Shown: one piece after another, positions 14,560 to 24,792 of the stretch
How positions within the stretch are numbered: position 1 is the stretch's first letter
Layout of the letters: each line of letters starts with the position of its first letter
Assembly: GCA_951406725.2 (NCBI GenBank)
Contig: OX597819.1
Span: 105,586,001 to 105,650,000 of the forward strand
From: Octopus vulgaris
Lineage: Eukaryota
Length of the DNA: 64,000 nt
Direction of reading: 5' to 3'
Notes under the pieces: model-generated
Told to the model about the DNA's origin: nothing
Seen by the model: only the letters and a program-made list of their open reading frames with translations
Databases searched by the model: none
Position numbers and translations under genes: made by a program

Positions 14560-14773
14560 AGCCAAATATTGTTTTTTTAAAAAAAATAATCTCGCCAACA
14601 AAAGCCGGGTAGAAGTTGAAACTCTTTTTGGCCCATGAGGCCTATGAGACTGCATGGACCATAAGTAAAGCATGTGTAAAATTTGAATGAAATCGGTTGG
14701 GTAGTTCTTGAGTTTTAGTGATGCACACATACAGACACACAGACAGACTCATTCTCAGTTTTATAATTATAGA
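14560..14773 (-). mobile_element. non-autonomous Helitron 5' part
   Basis: Minus strand begins A|TCTATAATTATAAAACTGAGAATGAGTCTGTCTGTG, the same style as the 5' end at 18745; 3' end not seen. Confidence 0.5.
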
Positions 14774-14899
14774 TACACTCATACATATTTAATTGCATAA
14801 TCTACAAACTGATAACAATGGTTAAAAGTATTTAATATTTTTTGCAATAAGCAAACATCTTTTAGGACATGACAAGTACCAACTGGTTAAAGTAATTTG

Positions 14900-15344
14900 G
14901 GATCTTTTCGGTTTGACCGGCAGTTTTTTAAAATAATTTCCACGTAACTAAATACTTATAAACTTCGTATACTGGTAGAATGTTTTTATAAAACATCTTT
15001 TTCTCTTGGCTTTATTGAGAAAATTCTATAGTTTGTAAGATATTTGTTGATCTTTTTCTTCAATTTCTGCAATTTCAACCAATCAATGACGTCTATTGAG
15101 GTGAAAACATTCTGTGCCGTATGAAATTGTCCCTCATTTAAGAAAGAGTTTGAGTTTATTTACATTTGTGAAGAAAAAAAGATACCCTTCCCCCCACCCC
15201 TAACCCTAACACTAACTAACCCTAACTCTAACCCTAACCCTAAAACAGATTGAAATGCAATAGATCGATACCAGGGTCATAATTATGGGTGACAATTTCA
15301 TATGACACCGCTAGAAAAAACTGCCGTTCAAACCGAAAAGATCC
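14900..15344. mobile_element. MITE with ~30-bp TIRs and internal (TAACCC)n
   Basis: ggatcttttcggtttgaccggcagttttt / aaaaaactgccgttcaaaccgaaaagatcc; flanks gtaatttg / gtaattta (8-bp TSD with 1 mismatch). Confidence 0.8.
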
Positions 15345-15376
15345 GTAATTTATTCCTCACATAATGGATTCGCATA

Positions 15377-16668
15377 CGAGGGACGTTCAATAAGTAATGC
15401 CTCTGACCCACTTGCAGTTGTTTGATCTAGCTGAAATTTTGCATGTGCAATCATTTATATCTCTATAGAGTAAGTGGCAAATTACAGCTCTGAATTAATA
15501 GTGGTTTCTGATTTACAGGTGTTTGAACCGAGTCAAGTGTGAAATGGAGCCTGTTGAGTGTCGAGCAGTGATCCGGTTTTTGTATTTGAAAGGACGCACA
15601 CCACGGGAGACTTTTGATGAAATGAAAGTAACTTATGGTGATGATGCCCCATCATATGACCTTGTAAAACGCTGGCATCGTGAATTCAAACATGGTCGGA
15701 ACTCTGTGGAAACAGCTCCAAGATCTGGTCGCCCCCTTCTGCCATTGATGAGGCATCTGTCCCGTCAAGTTGAGGCTGCCATTTTGGAAGATCGAGGCAT
15801 AATTATTCGCCAAATAGCCCATGAGGTCAAGATTAGTACCGGGTCTGTGGAAACTATCATTCATGACCATTTGCATATGCAAAAGGTGTCTGCCAGATGG
15901 ATTCCCAGGCTGCTCACACCTTTCCAGAAGCAAGAACGCGTCGAGTGCTCGAGGGTGAATTTGGAGATGTGCCAAGAAGATGAGTCAAAATTTTTCAAAA
16001 GGCTGATTACACAGGATGAAACCTGGGTCCATCACGATGATCCAGAAACCAAATCCCAGTCAATGCAGTGGAAGCACCGTAACTCACCCCCTCCAAAGAA
16101 GGCAAGGGTGCAGCCCTCCACTTGTAAGGTCATGCTCACAGTCTTCTGAGACCAGGACGGAGTAGTGATGACAGATTTCCTGGTAAAGGGTACCACAATT
16201 GCAGGAGCCTATTATGCTTCACTTTTGAGGAAATTAAGAGAAGTTATCAAAATCAAGAGGCGGGGCCAGATCAGCAAAGGCATCCTCCTCCTGCAGGACA
16301 ACGCTCCGGTCCACAACTCGCTTGTCGCCAGATCAGAAGCACAGGCGTATGGCTATGAACTCATCCCCATCCCCCCTACTTTCCTGACCTTGCACCCTCT
16401 GATTTTCACCTCTTCCCAATCATGAAGTTGTTTTTGAAAGGAAAGCGTTTCCCAGATGATGCAACCTTGATTTCTGAAGTCACGTTGAGGTTGGAGGACC
16501 AAGCTGGGTTCTTCTACAAAAACGGTCTTCAGATCCGCATCAAACGATGGGAGAAATGCGTAAGTCTGGGTGGTTCCTATGTAGAAAAAGACTAATAACT
16601 GTGCCAAGTTTCGTTGCTCTACTGCTATGGGAAGTGGGTCAGGGGCATTACTTATTGAACGCCCCTCG
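15377..16668 (+). mobile_element. full-length mariner element (irritans-like TIRs)
   Basis: TA|cgagggacgttcaataagtaatgcctctgacccactt ... aagtgggtcaggggcattacttattgaacgcccctcg|TA; ~1.29 kb. Confidence 0.95.
15544..16595 (+). pseudogene. DD34D mariner transposase with premature stops and a frameshift
   Basis: WIPRLL, ITQDETWVH, QDNAPVH, HPPYFPDLAPSDFHLF (shifted frame); in-frame TGA at 16147-16149 where FWD is expected. Confidence 0.92.
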
Positions 16669-17104
16669 TATCATGAAAGATGGTGACGTATAAAAAATGT
16701 GACTTTTCATCAGCACTAAGTCTATGACCACTTCTTTACATTTTTGTGTCTTATGCAAATACTGATGTTTTTAGGAAAATATCACGTATTTTTTTTCAAG
16801 TGAACAGATGAATATATCTAGTATTATGTCAGCGAAACTGAATAAATGAATTTGACTTAATTCCCAATGATCCTTTGACAGCCAATCAAATATCTACGAC
16901 TTATATTTAACAATATTAAAAAAAATCTTATTTTATTTAAGAATATTTTTATTTGCCACACTGATTCCCTTCTTCAATCACTTGAATAGTTGGTAACTAG
17001 GAAATCAAAGGAGCGATGATTCAAGATGCTTCAGTTCCTAATAAAATATAAAAGTCTCAACGAGTTAATAATCTTTGGTCTACACACACACACACGCACG
17101 CACG

Positions 17105-17164
<60 letters not shown>

Positions 17165-18099
17165 AAATACAAAATTATATAAATTTTCAATTATACAATG
17201 GATGCAATTCTATAATAAAAATCCTATCAGTATAACATACTTAATGCACGTGTGTAGTTGAAACGACAGAAGCAGCAAGTATTGTCCAGAAAAAAAATCT
17301 CTGTATATATGTACTGTATTGCTGAGCTAGGTGAAATGATGTCGCTCCAGGATCGACCACAAGAGCGACAAATAAGTATTTCGCTGATGATGCGGTTTCT
17401 GAAAGTCACGTACGCGAGTCACTTCCGAAACGAAATCGAATTAAACTAGTGTGAGATATATAGGAATAGTGTATAAACTATACACTGGTATGAAAAGGCA
17501 CCGCATGAGCAATGGAGGTAGCTTTATAGCATAAAACTCTATCAGTATAACACACTCATGGTATGTCTATAGTTAGTACGCCAAAAGCTGCGATATATAT
17601 TTATATATACAACGGGCTTCCATGCGGTTTCCATCCACCAAAATATTCTGCAAATATTGTACATAGTAGAAGGCACTTGTACAAACCACCTCACAGTCGG
17701 TTCGAATTCAAAACCTCATTTTGGCAAAGCAAACTTCCTAACACCGTAGCCGTACTTGCTATTTTATTCAATATATTTTTCATTCTTTAGGAAGGTGGAG
17801 TGTAAGGGGAATTTGGTGACTGTTTCTAGCAAGTTGGGTAACCACAAAGAGATTCCCTGACTACTTATATATTTCTAAAGCTTTTTTATCTGAAAATTTC
17901 TTTAATAATTGAATTGTGGAATTTCTTTTTGTATATATATGTCTTCCAGATATGTTTTATACATGAATAGATGGTCAATGATACTTCGTTAAAAATACTT
18001 ATCCATCTTAGTAGTATATTATATAAATATATAAATTTCCACCAGTTTCTGCGATGATTATTCTTATTCCATCAACTGGACTACCAGCTCATTGAACTG

Positions 18100-18293
18100 A
18101 CGTTAGCATTCAGATTACACTGTCACATTGTTTTAAATGTATTATGCATTATCTCGCAGTTTTGAGACTTCGATGATGTGGTTGATGTGTTTTTAGAATG
18201 ACATTGCAGGTAGGTTGGTGAGGCCAGATCTGGTAAGTTTCAACATAAAACAGGTAGAATATTTAGGATAAATATAGCCGTGCTACCTAAAGG
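18100..18293. mobile_element. piggyBac-like MITE relic; inverse copy at ~47006-47220
   Basis: Shared aacataaaacaggtagaatattt segment; the 47 kb copy begins TTAA-CCCT. Confidence 0.5.
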
Positions 18294-18392
18294 TAATTCT
18301 CAGATAGAATAAGTGTGAGATTGTGTGACAAGGCTAAACATTTAAGTTATATGTTCAGGTACAACTCAATCAATGGGTTTCCATATAATTTC

Positions 18393-18448
18393 TTAACCGT
18401 TCGGCCATGCCGTGACGGAAACCCGTCTTAGCATGGCCGAATGGTTAA
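18393..18448. mobile_element. 48-bp TTAA-flanked palindromic mini-element
   Basis: TTAA-ccgttcggccatgc...gcatggccgaatgg-TTAA. Confidence 0.55.
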
Positions 18449-18744
18449 AAGGATCGCCTCGCAATTTTGAAATTCCGAGTTCAATTTCAAGTATTTCTTA
18501 CTATATTTTCAGGCAAGTATCTCTTTGCTATATTTTCGGTTTTATCCAATCCTTCTAGGAAAATCGAACAGATAGATCTGTACACAGCTTCACAATTTTT
18601 AAAATTGTACCAGTGTGTATGTATTTATCTTGCGTTTTCAATACTTCGAATCCGTCATCTGAAGATGGAACAAGTTTCAACAAAGAAACAAAACCAATCT
18701 CCGCCGCTGGTAATTAGATAACAGCAACAGGTTAAAAAGTGATA

Positions 18745-19128
18745 TCTTTATATATAAAAGTGAAGTTGAGTGTCTGTCTCCTACGATTTAGATTCCTAAC
18801 TACTCCCACATTTTGCGGTGCAGTGTAACCAAAAGCGGGTATCTTATAGTCGTGATTCATATCGAGCCCTTCTGGGTATTAGCACGCGTCTACGATGAGT
18901 CTACGATTTAAAAAAAAAATTACCATCATTTTTCCCCATTTTTTTTGCTATTATATAAGGGAAGTAACTCTTTAAATATGTATTATTAAATCTCAGAACG
19001 TAAAAAGCTACAGTAACATCCCCTTTGTGGTTAGCCATATTGAGATGGCTATTATACTTTACATCTCTAAAAATGCTTATATAGTTATTTCCCTTACAAA
19101 CCCGAGCAACGCCGGGCGATACTGCTAG
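18745..19128 (+). mobile_element. complete non-autonomous Helitron
   Basis: 5' TC, subterminal hairpin cccgagcaacgccggg, 3' CTAG; inserted between A and T with no TSD. Confidence 0.85.
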
Positions 19129-19729
19129 TATTTGATAAGAAGACTGTTTCTTTTCATTGTTTTGGTTACTAACTGAATTTCCAAGTAGTTGTTGGCTGGT
19201 AACTTTCTTGGCCTCCACCACCCCAGCTTTTTAGAATTACTATTTCTTTAGTAACATAACCAAACGCACCAATGATTAAAGGTACAAATATAAACTATAA
19301 TAGGGAGAGTGGAATTCTAGGTTTCAATACAGAATATATGATATTCTTTCTCACTGATTTTCAAAGAGATGTTCGCATACGCAGGTTAGCAGATATCTAT
19401 AACAGTAAATAATTTTTTCGAAAATACTTTCAATAGCTAACTAAACCATTCAATTGTAATGTTTCTTTAGATATATTTTCCCCACGTATATTTCTTTCAG
19501 ATATCTGGGTAAAAAGGCAACGACAAAAGTATTTTATCTTGATTGTTATATAACTTTGTTCATTGATATAACAAAAGAACGGTTTGGTTTATACAGATAT
19601 ATGAACATCTTTCACTAGAGAATCTTATCTCTTCTAGCCCACTTATATTATAAATTGTGGAGTATATGTATCTATATGCATAAATAAATACATGCATGCA
19701 TACATACGTATATTCATGCACACACACAT

Positions 19730-19786
<57 letters not shown>

Positions 19787-20011
19787 CATACATACATACA
19801 TATATATATTTCTATTGGACTGTATATATTTGTGTGTTTCAATTATGTATACACACTCATACACACATATATGCATATATACATATATTCATACATACTT
19901 CTATATACATACTTACGTATATATATATATATATATATATGTAAGTATCCTCTACGCTGCCGGGGTGTTTTATCTAGCTTATTTTTATGCGTGTATAAAT
20001 GTATATGTGCA

Positions 20012-20068
<57 letters not shown>

Positions 20069-20143
20069 CAGCGTGGAAGGTGTTTATAAGCCATTTAAGA
20101 AACACACAAAAGCCGTTCGATTCACTTCAACATTTAAGTTTAA

Positions 20144-20194
20144 TTTGTCAAAATATTTTCGTCGCTATAAGACCGCGACCAGTTCACTGACAAA
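20144..20194 (-). ncRNA. hammerhead-like motif with G3:C8 core variant
   Basis: UUUGUCA-GUGAACU-G-GUCGC(loop)GCGAC-GAAA-AUAU-UU-UGACAAA; stems I and II are perfect. Confidence 0.55.
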
Positions 20195-20460
20195 AATCCG
20201 TGCAGCACGGTTTGACACTAGTGACGTTGCAACTCATTTGTAGAGTTGAGTGAACTGGTGCAACATGAAATAAAGTATCTTGCTGAAGAATACAACACAC
20301 AGTCTGGCCCAGAAATCGAGCTCACTGCCCAACGATTGTGAGTCTGACTCTCTAACCACTCAACTATGCACCTTTATACATACACACACACACATACACA
20401 CACACACACACACACATGTATCTATATATATGTTTATATATATATATATATATATATATA

Positions 20461-21208
20461 AAAAGGAAATGAAGAAAATGCTGACAAATAATTGAAGTAA
20501 TTTAAGTAATTTAATTAGGTGAAAGTTCTTTTTACCGGTTGCGCATTTGTTATGCTTATCAAAATATAAAAGAGAGATTAGAGTCTGTCTCTTATATGTG
20601 AAAAAAAGAGGCTCCAGAGTTGTCTTGGATTTGCTTGGTTTCGCGCCTAAAATTTTGATTGGTCATTATGAAGGGGTCACGTGAATGTTTGAATGGAAGT
20701 TGGTGTTGGGGTAAGAAAAAAGGCTCCAGAGAAGTTAAAATTTGGCTAGTGTCCCGCCTAAAATTTCTTATTGGCCATAATAAAGAGGTCACGTGAATGT
20801 TTAGAATTTTCGAAAATAGTGTTGTTGAACATTCTTATTGTTCAGGCTGGTCAGTAGACGTCATGTGGATATTTTAAATAGCTTTTTAGCGCGTAGTTAG
20901 GGAGTGTATTTTCCGCTTGACTGGATAAGTAAGTTCGTTTAGAACAGGGAGAGCTGTATGTATGTATGTGTGTGCGCGCGCGCGCGCGTGTGTGTGTTTA
21001 TATGTATGTTGGGGCGCGCGCGCGTGTATATATGTGTGTGTGTGTGGGTACAATTTTCAATATTTATAGTTCTGCTGGCCTTGTGCCTGTATCGGGAAGC
21101 AACGTATTTGTGTGAAGTCAATATTTACAGCCATTTCCAAAAAATAGTGTTGGATGTTTTGCACCCGTATTCAATTATGTGTATGTGTGGAACCATATAT
21201 TTGTGTGT
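20461..21208 (-). repeat. 3' pLTR of the PLE
   Basis: Reverse complement of 24793-25540; matched coordinates sum to 46001 throughout and ORF-track peptides are identical. Confidence 0.95.
20528..20573 (-). ncRNA. minimal hammerhead-like motif (U3:A8, GCAA) in the PLE 3' pLTR
   Basis: UUGAUAA-GCAU aacaa AUGC-GCAA-CCGG-UA-AAAAG. Confidence 0.5.
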
Positions 21209-21283
21209 GTCATGGTGTTAATATCTGGGTAAAGGTGTGTGTAGGGTGTGTGCAGGTGTAAGTGTGTTTGTTGTGGGTTCGTG

Positions 21284-23638
21284 TTAGTGGCATGTGTTTA
21301 GAAGTGGTCTGTATTTATTAATAAGGTGGGATTCCATGGTTATTCGCTGGGTATGAGTGGCATTGTCTTTAAATTTGTAGAGGGGAAAGATTCTAAAATT
21401 GGGATGGAGTTGTGCGGCACAGGTATCAATATGTGCACTAAATGCTATTTTTCTATATTCCTGTATTTTTATTTGGGATCTGTGGACAGTCATGCGTTGG
21501 CGGAGGCTATTTTTTGTTTGGCCTATGTAGTGTTCATTACAGCCCGAGCAAGTTAAGACATATACTAGGTTTTCTGATGCGCATGTGAAGTTGTGTTTTA
21601 CTGTGAAACGTTGTCCTTGTTTAAAAAGGAATTCCGGACCTTCTATTAGGTTGATGCATATACCACAGTTGGGTCTATTGCATTTGTTTACTGTGGGTTT
21701 AGTTGTTGTGGTTGGCAGTACTTTGGCATTTGTTAGGATGGTTTTCAATGATTTGGGTTGCCTTTTGCTCTTTATGATTTCGTGTGTTAGGAGGATTTGG
21801 TTCATTCTATGGTCCTTTTGTAATACAGGAATGTTCTGGAGGATGGTGTCAAAAGCTTCATTGTTGAGGGGGTTGTGTGTAGAGATGTATGGTAGAGTAT
21901 GGGGTTTCGATGTAACAGGTTTAGGGCGTCTAAGTTCCTGCGTGCTGAGTTTTAGGGCGCGTTGGATCCCATTGTCAATTAGTGACGTGGGGTAATCCCT
22001 GCTTGTTAATGTGCCCTTGAGTTCTTGTAGACGTAAGAGACGGGTGTTTTTATTGGAGACTATAGTGCAAATTCTCTTGGCTAAGTTGTAGGGAATGTTA
22101 ATTTTAACGTGTCTAGGGTGGCATGAATTGAAAGGGAGGTATTGCTTGGAGTCTGTGGGCTTGTAGTATATGTCTGTTTCTATTTTTTTGTTGTGAATTT
22201 TAATGAGGATGTCGAGGAAGGGAATTTGTTGAGGGCTGTATTCCATTGTGAAAATAATGTTTGTGTTGAGCCCATTTATAAGAGTGTGAAATTCGTTAAG
22301 CTTCTCGACGGTTTCGGGCCAAAGGATGAAGCAGTCATCAAGATATCTCTTCCAGTTCTTCTCTATGTGTGTGTGGAGAGTGGTGCCAAATTGGTTAAGA
22401 ACGTTATTATAGAGGGTGATTTCCAGGTATCCCATGACTAAGTTGGCGTAAGTGGGAGCTGTTTTCGTTCCCATTGCCGTCCCTGATTTCTGTCTGTAGA
22501 ATTTGTTGTTGAAGGTGAAGAAATTATTCTCTAAGATGAATTTGAGTCCTTCTAAAATAAATTCCTTTTTGATGCGGTGTGGGAGTTCGTTGGAGTAATT
22601 ATCCAGCCAGAATTGGATAGCTTCTATTCCTAGGTTGTGGGGGATGTTGGAGTAAAGATTGACTACATCGAATGTTACTAGCAGGGTTTGTTCAGCAAGA
22701 AGTGTATTGGGGAGGTGGTTGAGCATATCTAGATCGTCCCTTATGTAGCTTTTAATGTGTTTGAGGAACGGCTTGAGAAGGGTATCAATGAAGTTGCTAA
22801 GGCGGTGGGTTTCGCAAGCGGGACCTGCTATTATAGGTCTCAATTTGAGGTCATTTGGTGAGGGGACATTGATTACAGAGTTTGTGGCTTCCTTGCATGC
22901 CTTACTTATTAATTCGCTTTTATGAATTTTGGGAATACCGTAGAAGAGGCTGGTTTTACTAGTGAAATTTGTGATGAAGTTGAATTCTTTGTTAGTGAGT
23001 TCTTCTTTGTGGGGGTTGATCAGGGTTTTTAAGTTTCTCATAATTTTCTGTTGATTGTAGTGTTCAGCCTTTTCGTAATATGTTCCATTTTCCAAGGTGG
23101 AGAGTGCTAAGTTGATATAGTATTCTGTCTCCATTAAGACTACTGCACTTCCTTTATCGGCCTCTTTAATGGTGATAGATCTTTCATTTTTTAATTTGTT
23201 TAATTCTTCCCACTCTTTCTTGTTGAGGTTTGGTTTGGGTTTTGGTTTGTGTAAGTGTTGGTAGGGGAAGTTTGTAATGTGCTCACAGAATTCGTCTAGG
23301 ATTTTATTTCTACCTTTTCGTGGGGTGTAGTTGCTTTTATTTCTAGCTAGTGACTCATCCTCTTTGTGCTGGTCGAATAGTTCCTCACTAAGTCGCAATT
23401 TTCTACAAAATTCTGTAATGTCTTCCTTCATTTCGTAGTAGTTTGGACGTGGGGGGGTTGGTGTGAATTTCAGACCTTTGGAGAGTAAGTTGAGAAGGTT
23501 GGGGTTGGGTTCTGTATTGGTTAAATTGATGACTTTAATTAGTTTATGTTTCTCTTCCCTGTCCTGTGTTATTTTGTTTGCCTGTATCTGTGTGCTGTGT
23601 CTAAAAAATGGTTGGGGTAGAGGGGTTGTCTGTTGGTG
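21284..23638 (-). CDS. PLE ORF2: reverse transcriptase + Cys-rich linker + GIY-YIG endonuclease (frame open from 23638; first Met at 23431)
   Basis: VINLTN...LSKGLKFTPTP, ADKGSAVV, LRPII, FDVVNLYSNIP, GTAMGTKTAPTYANL, RYLDD, KCNRPNCGIC, VYVLTCSGCNEHYIGQT...RQRMTVH; no stops. Confidence 0.95.
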   Translation of the reverse strand, partial: HQQTTPLPQPFFRHSTQIQANKITQDREEKHKLIKVINLTNTEPNPNLLNLLSKGLKFTPTPPRPNYYEMKEDITEFCRKLRLSEELFDQHKEDESLARNKSNYTPRKGRNKILDEFCEHITNFPYQHLHKPKPKPNLNKKEWEELNKLKNERSITIKEADKGSAVVLMETEYYINLALSTLENGTYYEKAEHYNQQKIMRNLKTLINPHKEELTNKEFNFITNFTSKTSLFYGIPKIHKSELISKACKEATNSVINVPSPNDLKLRPIIAGPACETHRLSNFIDTLLKPFLKHIKSYIRDDLDMLNHLPNTLLAEQTLLVTFDVVNLYSNIPHNLGIEAIQFWLDNYSNELPHRIKKEFILEGLKFILENNFFTFNNKFYRQKSGTAMGTKTAPTYANLVMGYLEITLYNNVLNQFGTTLHTHIEKNWKRYLDDCFILWPETVEKLNEFHTLINGLNTNIIFTMEYSPQQIPFLDILIKIHNKKIETDIYYKPTDSKQYLPFNSCHPRHVKINIPYNLAKRICTIVSNKNTRLLRLQELKGTLTSRDYPTSLIDNGIQRALKLSTQELRRPKPVTSKPHTLPYISTHNPLNNEAFDTILQNIPVLQKDHRMNQILLTHEIIKSKRQPKSLKTILTNAKVLPTTTTKPTVNKCNRPNCGICINLIEGPEFLFKQGQRFTVKHNFTCASENLVYVLTCSGCNEHYIGQTKNSLRQRMTVHRSQIKIQEYRKIAFSAHIDTCAAQLHPNFRIFPLYKFKDNATHTQRITMESHLINKYRPLLNTCH

Positions 23639-24792
23639 TTAGGAGGTCCTGTGTGTTTGTTATATTCCTTGTTGTGAAATATGGTTCGGGTTCGTGGTTG
23701 TGGATAGAATGGGGTGTTCCTGTATTGCGGGTGTTGGTGTGTGTTTCTTTGTGTTGTGATGGATTGTGGTGATATGAGTGGCCTGCGTGGGTGCTTGTAT
23801 CGAGTGGTATGGGTTTGTTGTGTATTGTGAGAGTTGAGAAAGTGAAAATTACCTTGTTGTCCCCTCGTGGTGTGGATGTTGTTGTGTCTATCCTGGTAGT
23901 GGGATCCTCTTTTATTTGTTAATAAGGTATTCGAGTAGTTGTTGAGTTGTTGTGTGTAGCGTCTCCTTGAAGAGGGAAATTCGTTAATGTAATTCTGGTG
24001 GTGAGAGTTTCCAGGGTTCTTGTTCCTCCTTATGGACGTGGGGTAAGAAGGTACATCTTCAATATGCTGTTTCCTTCTTTTGTTCAAGGTTGGAGGGTTG
24101 GCGGAGTAGTTGTGTGGTTGGGTTCCTGGTTTTCCCATTTTTATGAACGGGTTATTGGAAGAGTAATCCGTTTTGAAAGTCGATTCATAGTTTAGGAACC
24201 AGGCGGCACTTTTTTCCCAGCGTTGTAGGGATTTTAGTTCCTCTTTGTTGCAGTCATCTTTCCATAACTTGGAGATCTTCTCTATGTGTAGGCTTTCGGC
24301 CTTGTTATTTATTACGAGGAGGATCTCTTCATCGATTGTTTTGACTCTTTCCTCATTTGTTTGGGCCCTTAATTTGAGAAGTTCAATCTCTCTTTTCAGT
24401 CTCTCTAATGCCATTCTTTCCCTAAGTCGTCTTTGAGGTTCAGGTTCATTGGGAATGGCTTTTAATTGTATTTTGCGGGGAAGAGTTAGATGAGTAGAGT
24501 TCATCCATTTTTCGTATATCTCGGCCTTGTTGTTGTTTCTAATCATTTTCCAGAAGGAGAACTTTCTGTCTCTGAGGAATTTGTTCCATTCTGGGATTAT
24601 ATGATTTTTCAGTTTGTATGAATCAATTTGACATGGTTCTTCTTTGTTTTTGGCTGGGTTGGTGGTGGTGAAAAAGGTGTGGATCGTATCACACAGAGTT
24701 TGTAGCTTATCGCCGATTTCGGAGGGTTTGTGTCCGGTAATGGTTTCCTCATTAGTAGAGTCCAATTTGTTGACTAGTACAGAGAGGTTGGT
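23569..24792 (-). CDS. PLE ORF1: coiled-coil + low-complexity C-terminus, probably 5'-truncated
   Basis: More than 400 open codons; heptad-like RLRERMALERLKREIELLKLRAQTNEERVKTIDEEI; the track's start (GTG 24822) lies inside the inverted repeat; first ATG at 24546. Confidence 0.75.
   Translation of the reverse strand, partial: TNLSVLVNKLDSTNEETITGHKPSEIGDKLQTLCDTIHTFFTTTNPAKNKEEPCQIDSYKLKNHIIPEWNKFLRDRKFSFWKMIRNNNKAEIYEKWMNSTHLTLPRKIQLKAIPNEPEPQRRLRERMALERLKREIELLKLRAQTNEERVKTIDEEILLVINNKAESLHIEKISKLWKDDCNKEELKSLQRWEKSAAWFLNYESTFKTDYSSNNPFIKMGKPGTQPHNYSANPPTLNKRRKQHIEDVPSYPTSIRRNKNPGNSHHQNYINEFPSSRRRYTQQLNNYSNTLLTNKRGSHYQDRHNNIHTTRGQQGNFHFLNSHNTQQTHTTRYKHPRRPLISPQSITTQRNTHQHPQYRNTPFYPQPRTRTIFHNKEYNKHTGPPNTNRQPLYPNHFLDTAHRYRQTK
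23602..23608 (-). other. -1 ribosomal frameshift slippery heptamer U UUU UUA
   Basis: CAT TTT TTA in the ORF1 frame, within the 70-nt ORF1/ORF2 overlap. Confidence 0.7.

Noticed and set aside
21326-22441. Antisense ORFs over the PLE RT (likewise over the mariner and CR1)
   Set aside because: Shadow frames of real coding strands
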